Shown: positions 53,901 to 63,262 of the stretch, piece by piece
Position numbering within the stretch: the first letter of the stretch is position 1
Layout of the letters: every line of letters starts with the position of its first letter
Assembly: GCA_032718475.1 (NCBI GenBank)
Contig: JAUCBJ010002852.1
Coordinates: forward strand, 5,342 to 69,341
Source of the DNA: Nemertoderma westbladi
Lineage: Eukaryota > Animalia > Xenacoelomorpha
Length of the DNA: 64,000 bases
Reading direction: 5' to 3'
Translations under genes and position numbers: made by a program
The notes under the pieces: model-generated
Database searches by the model: none
What the model saw: only the letters and a program-made list of their open reading frames with translations
Told to the model about the DNA's origin: nothing

Positions 53901-56900
53901 CTGCCTGCCACTATATTTTCTCCATGAGACTGCCAAAGCACAAAAATGTGCACAGGCTGCTCCTCGCGGCGAAAGTAATGTCCTACGAAGTGGCCAAAGT
54001 ATTATAGAATAAATGCACTCGAGCTAATTTAAATTACAAATTGAACATAAGTAAATGTCAAAATATGTAATTGTAGTGTAATTGTACTGGTACTGGCATA
54101 TCGTTGGAAAGATAATTTAATACCATTTTAGGTTCACCCTAACTGATCTAGACTTTGCTGATGACTATGCAGCATGCCGATCCTAGTAGAAGTAGTAGTA
54201 GGTTCACCTCCAAAGTTACCAATAATTACCAATTGTAAATAATAAGAAACTCTAACCGATTTCAGTTTGTCCTGCGAGAGCTTCGATGCTGTCTATCGGC
54301 AGGACCATTCGATTAACTGTTAGGAAAGCAGCAAGGTTAGCGGTGTAAGTAGCAATCATAATCAAAGTAAAGAACCACCAGAAACCGGTAACAATACGAC
54401 CAGACAGCGGCTGGGGTACCATCTCTGGACCTGTTAACGTTATAATAACTAGGGTTTATTCGTCGCAGATAAATAAAAATATAACCGTCGATTTTTTGTG
54501 ATAACGTAAAACCGGAAATTACATATTGTTACTTTTTTTTCACATTGATGCTGTATGGACATTACACAGTTACTGTATGTAAAAAAAAGGCCTTTCAATG
54601 ACCAGCTTTTGTGTAATTTCTACACAGACGACATACCCATAGCCGACTACGACATCCGACAACGATAATTATAAACAAAATTAAATTTGATATATAAATT
54701 CCTGTGCTCTTGATGTAGTTTACCTTGTTGCAGTATCGAGGTGATACTGAACCACATTGAGTTTCCAACGGTAAAGTATCTGTATTCGTTGGAGCCGTCT
54801 TCTATCTTAGAGTAAGGACTGACTTTCACAACAAGGTAAGTAGTAACACCCACTATAAATATGGCAGCCGCTGTACAACCCCAAACCTGTAAAACAAACC
54901 TAATATTATTACAGCTGCAACCCCAATCCCAACCCAACCTATAACATAATAATAATAATAATAATAATAATATATATTTATTTATATAGCGCCAAATTTA
55001 CATCATATACGTACTCTAAGGCGCTGACAACACATAGTACACAGTAATTAATAGTTCGTGACTGCAATAGCAATAGTTATGAAATAAAAATCAACTAAAT
55101 TAATATAGTAATTAAAAACCAACAATAAAAACATCATAAAATATAGTAAAAAACAAACAATAAAAAACGATCATCGCAAGCATTCCAGTGCGGGTTAAGT
55201 TAAAAAGTAATTAATGGCAGAATAGAATATAATGGCAGTGATAATGAATTAAAATTAAAAGTAAAAAACCGTAAAAACAACTGTTATGGTGGACTTTTTA
55301 AGATTTAAAATATATTGATGTTAAAAACAATCGTGTATACATCCAGTACTTAAGTTAAAATTAAATTTAAAATTGAAAGTAATTAATTAAAAAAAAAAGT
55401 CAGTCGTCCATAAAAACAAATAAATAATATTTAGTTTAGATTTAACTTCATAGGCACAGCGTAATACTAGGTAATACTAAATAATAGGACACTAGTTTAC
55501 GTGGTATTCCAGATTGTACAGGTGAGTTTTTAGACGTTTCTTAAAAATTCCCACATTCGATGATTCGCGTATGGCCGGAGGCAATGCGTTCCATACAGTT
55601 GGAGCAGCAATGGAGAACGATCGCCTACCATAATGTTCCGTATTGTAGCGAGGGACCACGAGTAAACCCAGCCCGCTGGATCGCATCTCGCGGATGGGTA
55701 TGTACGGAGTTAGTAAGTCGCTTAGATACTTCGGGGCACAGTTATTTACGCATTTCCAAGTTAGCAAGGCAATTTTAAAGTCGATACGGCGAACTATAGG
55801 TAACCAGTGCAATGCTTTTAGGGTTGGAGTTATATGGTCCCTCTTCTTTACACCACATAGAAGTGGAGCCGCGGAGTTTTGAACGTACTGCAGTTTCTGA
55901 ATGGATTTTTTTGGCAGACCGTAGTAGAGAGAAACATAACTTAATTGTTAATTGATTTCAGTTCATTGTAAGAACACAGGAACAGAACACAAATGTATTG
56001 ATATCAGCTTCAGCTCAACTGTAAAGTGTACTGTACAGTGTACAACCCCCAACCAGTAAAACAAAAGTAAAGTTATCACAGCTGTAGGACTACCCGTAGG
56101 CCTACAGCCTCAATTCCAAACCTGTAAATCCTGAAATCATATTGATGATTGATTTCAGTTCATTTGTACGGATGTAAAAACTGTACAGAACGCTAACACA
56201 AAATAATGTATTGATATCAGCTCAGCATACTGACCTCTCCGGACAGCGGCTCAAAGAAGGCGAACAGATTGCTGCTCGGGGAGCCTTTCTTCATTAGGAT
56301 TCCAACCCCGTAGTCCATGTACCGAACGGTGAAGTCGACAACCTTCTCGCGATCCTCAATGATCGTCATACCACCTACAGCCATATCGAACTTCTAAAAA
56401 TACACATAAACGGCGATATTTAAATTTTACAGTAGTATTAACAAAAACAGTGATGTCTTCTTCACCTCTTTCATACATATTGGAAAATGTTCGATGCTAT
56501 TATTTTTTAGTCATGGAGGTACAGTATGCATTATAGCCGTATAGATAGTTGTACACAGTAAGAAATCTATAATGATATGTCATGTTAGGGCGGTGCGTTT
56601 TTTACTTTTTTTCGATTTCATTGTTCTACCGGTGCACAAAAGTTGCCAAATGGTTAAAAAATAAAGCAAAAAAAATTTCTTTAAATTTCGTCTATATCTT
56701 CACGGATCCCAAGAGGGTTGAAATAACATATTGATGAAAGATCAATGACTCAAGAAAGAACTTCCTGCATGCATCATATGTAATCAAATGGGTCCAAACT
56801 TATTTAGATACTAAAATTTTAATTTTTGGATCAATGGAACTAGTGCCACTGGCACATGGCCAGAACCTACCCTTTGGCGCAAGTGATGAAAATTCTAAAT

Positions 56901-58938
56901 TTGCGCGATGGCCAACTTTGAGTTCTCCTACTGCATTAATAATATGCTCATTAGAACCGCAAAGTCCGATTTAGTGGGGGTTGACACCTTCAAAACAAAC
57001 GTAGATCGAATAGTTCTGTGAAGTCTGTGAAGAAAATGTGAAGTCCGGCACAAGTCTACATTACCGCCTTGATGTGATATGGACAAATACACTAAAAATG
57101 ATACTTTGAATTATCTCAAGGAATCAGGAATAGACACATCACAGAAATGATCGATATAGTTGGTGTAGACACCTTCGAAATAAGAGTAGAGTCATTAGTG
57201 AGGTATTGAGTCTTGAGTTATTTTACAAAATGTCAAGACTATGTCCACCAATTAATACTTGATATTGAGTTGATTCATTCCACACATTTTGTACAAAAAC
57301 TGTAGTGAATTATTGACTACTATTTCATTTTGAAGGTGTTTGTATACACTAAATCAATAAGTTGCAGTGATGTGTATATTTTTGATACCTTAACATAATT
57401 AGAAGTAACATTTTTGTGTAGTTGTCTATAAATCATCAAGGCCATGTGGACATGTGGACTTGTGCCGGACTTAACATTTTCTGCAATATCTCAAGAACTA
57501 TTCGCTCTATGCTTGTTTTGAAGGTGTCTACCCCCACTAAATCGATCATTGCGGTTCTAATGAGCATAATATTAATGTAGTAGGAGAAGTAGAAGTTGGC
57601 CATCGCGAAATTTGAGAATAATCGTCATTTGCGCCAAAGGGTAGGTTCTGGCCATGTGCCTGTGGCACTAGTTCCCTTGATCAAAAATGTAAAATTTTGG
57701 TATCTGACTAAGTTTGGACACATTTGATGACATTTGATGCATGCAGGAAGTTCCTTCTTGAGTCATTGATCTTTCATCAGTAATGTGTTATATTGTTATA
57801 AATTTCATTATGGTGCATCGCGATGGCTCAAAATTTCAACCCTCTTGGGATCCGTGAAGATATAGACGAAATTTAAAGACAATTTTATGCCTTATTTTTT
57901 TACCATTTGGCAACTATTGTGCACCGGTAGAACAATGCAATCGAAAAAAAGTAAAAAAACGCACCGCCCTAATGTCATGTGTTGGAAAAAGTTGAAGGGA
58001 ATAAATCAACTTAAATCAACTTAGCAAAGCAACGTTTATAGTATTACAAAGTGTCTGGCTAGACGCAGGTCGCAGGACGCAGGTCGCAGGTCGCAGGACG
58101 CAGGTCGCAGGACGCAGGTCGCAGGACGCAGGACACAGGTTACAGGACGCAGGTCGCAGGACGCAGGTCGCAGGACGCAGGTCGCAGACTCACCTTATTT
58201 ACAAGTTGTCCAATTGTACCCGTCCATTCGCCATTTCTGAAAGTCCCATAGGTGTTGTCCGTGTGCATTATGGTATATTTGAATCCAAGTTTATTTCGTA
58301 TGTGGTCAAGTAACTCAATACAGAATCCGTCATATTCTCCAGTGGTTTCTAAAAAATATTGTTTGTCTAGAAAGTATCGAACATCGTCTGGTTGGGGTTT
58401 ATATTATATAGTATTTATATTGGGATTTATAGTAGATCAGGTGGACTTTGTGTACAGTAGCTTAAAGGCGCACATAGCCAAGCCATAGCTACACGTTAAT
58501 TATCTTACTTATCTTGTACTGCAGCTGCACGACTATTCAGATTGTGTATGTGTACTGCTTGCTTGCACGAGGCACGACAGATTCACTGAAATTCAGGGAG
58601 ATTTTACGGGAATGATTTGAGACACAAGATTAGAAACTGTAATCTTTCTCAAAATTTTTAAAGTTACATAAATTAACATGTTAATGGCTGAATGCATATT
58701 TCAGTATTTTAATAAGATAATAATTTTAAAAAATAATGTTTTGACTAAACAACGTCGTAGTATTTTTTACGTATAGTCGAGAGTAGGAGTACGAACGGTA
58801 CTTACCATTATACTCTACGAATGGAGCCTCCACAACAGTTATGACCTTAAGTTCCAGAGTATTGAGTTTACCAAGAGGGTTGAACGCGTCTGGTTCTAGA
58901 AATACATCCTTAGTACCATTTACATTCCACGATCCAAC
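35831..58938 (-). CDS. GRID: Ionotropic glutamate receptor, delta (GluD/GRID)-like; 3' ten exons (1572 nt, 523 aa + stop), N-terminal domain exons not located in window
   Basis: Spliced translation contains [87 protein letters not shown] and [14 protein letters not shown], YGTxRDS and YAFLWD match vertebrate GluD1/2 as I recall them. All nine introns are GT-AG with matching phases. Confidence 0.93.
36615..38040 (+). mobile_element. 5'-truncated non-LTR retrotransposon (RT fragment, 3' UTR, (TAA)n tail)
   Basis: ORF 36615-37457 has RT motifs [13 protein letters not shown] and [10 protein letters not shown]. It is followed by a duplicated 3' region and a (TAA)n tail at ~38021-38040. Confidence 0.85.
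37678..37980. repeat. Direct duplication of ~135 bp (offset 167 bp), each copy built of two ~60-bp subunits
   Basis: gttaactgcacattcatttcaagt...gtggttctcttttac occurs at ~37678-37813 and ~37845-37980. Confidence 0.85.
38254..38384. repeat. (GATAC)n pentanucleotide microsatellite, ~26 units, at the left end of the hAT-like element
   Basis: Perfect GATAC periodicity. Confidence 0.97.
39488..43081 (-). pseudogene. LINE ORF2 (endonuclease-reverse transcriptase) broken by three frameshifts (~42085, ~41115, ~40030)
   Basis: Four consecutive ORF-track segments (42041-43081, 41110-42051, 39984-41138, 39488-39955) join into one APE-RT polypeptide. Confidence 0.88.
42488..43208. repeat. GC-rich 30-bp VNTR inside the LINE (~24 units; GGGGGCGGCGTGGGCGCGGTCAACGCAGCC)
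   Basis: Direct 30-bp periodicity; on the minus strand it reads ([10 protein letters not shown])n in frame with the APE domain. Confidence 0.93.
43215..44420 (-). CDS. LINE ORF1 protein (Cys-rich N-terminus, coiled coil, RRM/CTD-like region)
   Basis: 401-aa ORF upstream of APE-RT with a heptad-like middle and motifs [36 protein letters not shown] typical of LINE ORF1p. The start codon is uncertain. Confidence 0.78.
   Translation of the reverse strand: MLIIPDVVLEINCGWRRNSTASAHRRQTAAAANVQPTTRKRDNKTPNANQPLPTSRTDGHEEIEVCCSGANCNISMICIAPNGTDFGCVDFYCGGCVGNRLSRTTKDLEQFESRTDDKFLELQQQFDSVLLKSNKLEQTVNDTRQLVNSRMKELRIEFMTSVEDIQKKVGVIQDESLSVIVDEGEWTDAPSKRSKRNAKHRNDSDNLALLARKVKEEEDEQNRRICNIVVSGAKVEEDDKKLVIDIANSINIDLFPSEISTRRVGKVKDNGTRPLVVTLPQDKRAVLLRKARDLRQTQCYNNMYLSPDYTPAESKLQYQLREERRRLQTSQPNKHWIISRGKVIEASRLNPHSVEPTDSNALPFDQSTGSAAHGPRTIYRSDRAAQLTLNHLSLTRCVAID
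45739..45924 (-). CDS. GluD-like receptor exon: end of M4 and proximal C-tail ([23 protein letters not shown]...DPRNGLA)
   Basis: Acceptor ctttttcttag, donor CAG|gtaata, phase 1/1; hydrophobic M4 end followed by a basic stop-transfer stretch. Confidence 0.88.
46195..46456 (+). mobile_element. Probable 3'-terminal LINE fragment
   Basis: GC-rich island in an AT-rich intron with peptide remnants DHPCH and [13 protein letters not shown]...*, resembling LINE ORF2 C-termini, ending in (TAAA)n. Confidence 0.45.
46838..46998 (-). CDS. GluD-like receptor exon: end of S2, pre-M4 and start of M4 ([18 protein letters not shown]...[14 protein letters not shown])
   Basis: Conserved iGluR motifs; acceptor ttttcag, donor gtgagt; phase 2/1. 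Confidence 0.95.
47357..47521 (-). CDS. GluD-like receptor exon: S2 ([19 protein letters not shown]...[19 protein letters not shown])
   Basis: YAFLWD and KGYGIAL motifs; acceptor gattttag, donor gttagt; phase 2/2. Confidence 0.95.
48062..52702 (-). repeat. 11-bp intronic satellite (~420 units), sense-strand unit AAGGTAATAAC, starting at the splice donor
   Basis: Direct 11-bp periodicity (CCTTGTTATTA on +); explains the [10 protein letters not shown] ORFs. Confidence 0.99.
52703..52844 (-). CDS. GluD-like receptor exon: S2 ([17 protein letters not shown]...[11 protein letters not shown])
   Basis: YGTxRDS motif; acceptor cttttag, donor CAG|gtaata; phase 1/2. Not in the ORF track. Confidence 0.93.
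52983..53135 (+). mobile_element. Degenerate tRNA-derived SINE head and central domain
   Basis: A-box-like TAGCTCAGTTGATTG and B-box-like GGTTAGAGTCCC at tRNA spacing, followed by CCACTCACCCTTTCATCC...ATAAAAATGAGAACCAG, which resembles a conserved SINE central domain (from memory, unverified). Confidence 0.65.
53136..53529. repeat. 22-bp minisatellite (TCGAGAGGAGTAGCGCCCACTC, ~18 units) at the SINE 3' part
   Basis: Direct periodicity; unit junctions form the palindrome CTCTCGAGAG. Confidence 0.95.
54257..54430 (-). CDS. GluD-like receptor exon: M2-M3 loop, M3 and start of S2 ([42 protein letters not shown]...LAGQTEI)
   Basis: Hallmark xYTANLAAF gating motif; acceptor taacag, donor gttaga; phase 1/1. 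Not in the ORF track. Confidence 0.97.
54724..54886 (-). CDS. GluD-like receptor exon: M1 and M2 pore loop ([13 protein letters not shown]...[13 protein letters not shown])
   Basis: M1 helix, NSxWF and QQG (Q/R/N site) motifs; acceptor gttttacag, donor gtaaac; phase 0/1. Confidence 0.96.
54945..55925 (-). mobile_element. 5'-truncated L2/CR1-group LINE (ORF2 C-terminus, 3' UTR, stem-loop, (ATT)n tail)
   Basis: YGLPK...LQYVQNSAA...[17 protein letters not shown]...[10 protein letters not shown]...FKKRLKTHL; the 3' end GCGCC...GGCGCTATATAAAT + (ATT)n resembles the element at 39316. Confidence 0.88.
56235..56393 (-). CDS. GluD-like receptor exon: end of S1, pre-M1 ([36 protein letters not shown]...[10 protein letters not shown])
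   Basis: Conserved ligand-binding Arg in DREKVVDF; RYMDY delta-type signature; acceptor tttttag, donor gtcagt; phase 0/0. Not in the ORF track. Confidence 0.96.
56586..57971. mobile_element. Foldback/Mutator-like non-autonomous DNA element with ~0.5-kb terminal inverted repeats
   Basis: Ends TAGGGCGGTGCGTTTTTT / AAAAAACGCACCGCCCTA. Arms ~56586-57075 and ~57435-57971 are reverse complements apart from a ~45-bp indel. Perfect 9-bp TSD ATGTCATGT at 56577-56585 and 57972-57980. Confidence 0.9.
58062..58187. repeat. 7/14-bp minisatellite (GACGCAG/GTCGCAG)n beginning right after the donor GTGAGT
   Basis: Direct periodicity; right end touches actcac (58188-58193), the minus-strand donor. Confidence 0.93.
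58194..58348 (-). CDS. GluD-like receptor exon: S1 ([25 protein letters not shown]...[20 protein letters not shown])
   Basis: GFCIELL and YG...WxGxIGxL motifs; acceptor ttttttag, donor gtgagt; phase 1/0. Not in the ORF track. Confidence 0.96.
58806..58938 (-). CDS. GluD-like receptor exon: ATD-S1 linker and start of S1 ([10 protein letters not shown]...[17 protein letters not shown])
   Basis: VGxW and LKVxTVxExPFV motifs; acceptor tttcaccatag, donor gtaagt; phase 0/1. Not in the ORF track. Confidence 0.93.
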
Positions 58939-58961
58939 CTATGGTGAAATGTAGTTTATAG

Positions 58962-61900
58962 TCAATGAATGGTTATTACTGAATCAATGAATGGTTGTTA
59001 CTGAATCAATGAATGGTTGTTACTGAATCAATGAATTGTTGTTACTGAATCAATGAATGGTTGTTACTGAATTAATGAATGGTTGTTACTGAATCAATGA
59101 ATGGTTGTTACTGAATCAATGAATGGTTGTTACTGAATCAATGAATGGTTGTTACTGAATCAATGAATGGTTGTTACTGAATCAATAAAAGGTTGTTACT
59201 GAATTAATGAATGGTTGTTACTGAATCAATAAAAGGTTGTTACTGAATCAATGAATGGTTGTTACTGAATCAATGAATGGTTGTTACTGAATCAATGAAT
59301 GGTTGTTACTGAATCAATGAATGGTTGTTACTGAATCAATGAAGGGTTGTTACTGAATCAATGAATGGTTGTTACTGAATCAATGAATGGTTGTTACTGA
59401 ATCAATGAATGGTTGTTACTGAATCAATGAATGGTTGTTACTGAATCAATAAAAGGTTGTTACTGAATCAATCAATGGCTGTTACTGAATCAATAAATGG
59501 TTTGTTACTGAATCAATGAATGGTTGTTACTGAATCAATGAATGGTTGTTACTGAATCAATGAATGGCTGTTACTGAATCAATGAATGGTTGTTACTGAA
59601 TCAATGAATGGTTGTTACTGAATCAATGAATGGTTGTTACTGAATTAATGAATGGTTGTTACTGAATCAATGAATGGTTGTTACTGAATCAATGAATGAT
59701 TGTTACTGAATCAATGAATGGTTGTTACTGAATCAATGAATGGTTGTTACTGAATCAATGAATGGTTGTTACTGAATCAATGAATGGTTGTTACTGAATC
59801 AATGAATGGTTGTTACTGAATCAATAAAAGGTTGTTAATGAATCAATGAATGGTTGTTACTGAATCAATAAAATGTTGTTACTGAATCAATGAATGGTTG
59901 TTACTGAATCAATGAATGGTTGTTACTGAATCAATGAATGGTTGTTACTGAATCAATAAAAGGTTGTTACTGAATCAATCAATGGCTGTTACTGAATCAA
60001 TAAATGGTTGTTACTGAATCAATGAATGGTTGTTACTGAATCAATGAATGGCTGTTACTGAATCAATGAATGGTTGTTACTGAATCAATGAATGGTTGTT
60101 ACTGAATCAATGAATGGTTGTTACTGAATTAATGAATGGTTGTTACTGAATCAATGAATGGTTGTTACTGAATCAATGAATGGTTGTTACTGAATCAATG
60201 AATGGTTGTTACTGAATCAATGAATGGTTGTTACTGAATCAATGAATGGCTGTTACCGAATCAATGAATGGTTGTAACTTAACCAATGAATGGTTGTTAC
60301 TGAATCAATGAGTGGTTGTTACTGAATTAATGAATGGTTGTTACTGAATCAATGAATGGTTGTTACTGAATCAATGAATGGTTGTTACTGAATCAATGAA
60401 TGGTTGTTACTGAATCAATAAAAGGTTGTTACTGAATCAATGAACGGTTGTTACTGAATCAATGAATGGTTGTTACTGAATCAATGAATGGTTGTTACTG
60501 AATCAATGAATGGTTGTTACTGAATTAATTAATGGTTGTTACTGAATCAATGAATGGTTGTTACTGAATCAATGAATGGTTGTTACTGAATCAATGAATG
60601 GTTGTTACTGAATCAATGAATGGCTGTTACTGAATCAATGCATGGTTGTTACTGAATTAATGAATGGTTGTTACTGAATCAATGAATGGTTGTTACTGAA
60701 TCAATAAAAGGTTGTTACTGAATCAATGAATGGATGTTACTGAATCAATGAATGGCTGTTACAGAATCAATGCATGGTTGTTACTGAATTAATGAATGGT
60801 TGTTACTGAATCAATGAATGGTTGTTACTGAATCAATAAAAGGTTGTTACTGAATCAATGAACGGTTGTTACTGAATCAATGAATGGTTGTTACTGAATC
60901 AATGAATGGTTGTTACTGAATCAATGAATGGTTGTTACTGAATTAATTAATGGTTGTTACTGAATCAATGAACGGTTGTTACTGAATCAATGAATGGTTG
61001 TTACTGAATCAATGAATGGTTGTTACTGAATCAGTGAATGGTTGTTACTGAATTAATGAATGGTTGTTACTGAATCAATGCATAGTTGTTACTGAATTAA
61101 TGAATGGTTGTTACTGAATCAATGAATGGTTGTTACTGAATCAATAAAAGGTTGTTACTGAATCAATGAACGGTTGTTACTGAATCAATGAATGGTTGTT
61201 ACTGAATCAATGAATGGTTGTTACTGAATTAATTAATGGTTGTTACTGAATCAATGAATGGTTGTTACTGAATCAATGAATGGTTGTTACTGAATCAATG
61301 AATGGTTGTTACTGAATCAATGAATGGCTGTTACTGAATCAATGCATGGTTGTTACTGAATTAATGAATGGTTGTTACTGAATCAATGAATGGTTGTTAC
61401 TGAATCAATAAAAGGTTGTTACTGAATCAATGAATGGTTGTTACTGAATCAATGGATGGCTGTTACTGAATCAATGCATGGTTGTTACTGAATTAATGAA
61501 TGGTTGTTACTGAATCAATGAATGGTTGTTACTGAATCAATAAAAGGTTGTTACTGAATCAATGAACGGTTGTTACTGAATCAATGAATGGTTGTTACTG
61601 AATCAATGAATGGTTGTTACTGAATCAATGAATGGTTGTTACTGAATTAATTAATGGTTGTTACTGAATCAATGAACGGTTGTTACTGAATCAATGAATG
61701 GTTGTTACTGAATCAATGAATGGTTGTTACTGAATCAGTGAATGGTTGTTACTGAATTAATGAATGGCTGTTACTGAATCAATGCATGGTTGTTACTGAA
61801 TTAATGAATGGTTGTTACTGAATCAATGAATGGTTGTTACTGAATCAATAAAAGGTTGTTACTGAATCAATAAACGGTTGTTACTGAATCAATGAATGGT

Positions 61901-62784
61901 TGTTTCTGAATCAATGAATGGTTGTTACTGAATCAATGAATGGTTGTTACTGAATTAATTAATGGTTGTTACTGAATCAATGAATGGTTGTTACTGAATC
62001 AGTGAATGGTTGTTACTGAATTAATGAATGGTTGTTACTGAATCAATGAATGGTTGTTACTGAATTAATGAATGGTTGTTACTGAATCAATGAATGGTTG
62101 TTACTGAATCAATGAATGGTTGTTACTGAATCAATGAATGGTTGTTACTGAATTAATGAATGGTTGTTACTGAATCAATGAATGGTTGTTACTGAATCAA
62201 TGAATGGTTGTTACTGAATCAATGAATGGTTGTTACTGAATTAATTAATGGTTGTTACTGAATCAATGAATGGTTGTTACTGAATCAATGAATGGTTGTT
62301 ACTGAATCAATGAATGGTTGTTACTGAATCAATGAATGGTTGTTACTGAATCAATGAATGGTTGTTACTGAATCAATGAATGGTTGTTACTGAATCAATG
62401 AATGGTTGTTACTGAATTAATGAATGGTTGTTACTGAATCAATGAATGGTTGTTACTGAATAAATGAATGGTTGTTACTGAATCAATGAATGGTTGTTAC
62501 TGAATCAATGACTGGTTGTTACTGAATCAATGAATGGTTGTTACTGAATCAATGAATGGTTGTTACTGAATCAATGAATGGTTGTTACTGAATCAATGAA
62601 TGGTTGTTACTGAATCAATGAATGGTTGTTACTGAATCAATGAATGGTTGGTACTAAATCAATGAATGGTTGTTACTGAATCAATGAATGGTTGTTACTG
62701 AATAAATGAATGGTTTTTACTGAATTAATGAATGGTTGTCACTGAATCAATGAATGGTTATTACTGAATCAATGCATGGTTATT
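58962..62784. repeat. 22-bp intronic satellite (GAATCAATGAATGGTTGTTACT, ~174 units)
   Basis: Direct periodicity; a variant pattern recurs at 704 bp (32 units), e.g. AATTAATTAAT at 60523/61227 and 60941/61645. Confidence 0.99.
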
Positions 62785-63237
62785 TTACAGTATTGTACAG
62801 TATTTGGTTATGTAGGTACTTATATTTTGGCGGAATATGTTATTTATTTTGGTGGAATATGTAACATAATATAACAAACACTCAATAGCACATTTACACT
62901 GCTACAATTAAAATCAAACGAAAGAATTAAATACAGTTGGACATCTAGGCCAACCTACAGTTACAGAATTGCTAACGATAAACTGAATCTAATAAAATGC
63001 TAATTAATCTTATTTGCTGTTTATCCCACTAAGCGGTTGATTAAGTGCCAATATGTAATCGTAATTAATAATATTTGTTTAACTTTAAATACAATATAAT
63101 GATCACAATAAAATTAAAAAATTATCCTAAAATGTGAGTTATGCGTAATAATATATTCATATCCAAGTGCATGCATGCACCAGCATAAAAAGACTATTAA
63201 CAATAATAAACAGAAGAGAACATAATATTGTGAGACA

Positions 63238-63262
63238 GGGTGGGGGGGGGGGGGGGGGGGGG
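63238..63262 (+). repeat. Poly-G tract (~21 G preceded by GGGT)
   Basis: Seen directly; G-quadruplex capable; length unreliable. Confidence 0.85.

Noticed and set aside
1-62784. Shared GTAA/TTAC core in the 42-, 54-, 11- and 22-bp units
   Set aside because: A 4-bp AT-rich word is too likely by chance to support a common origin or common binding factor.
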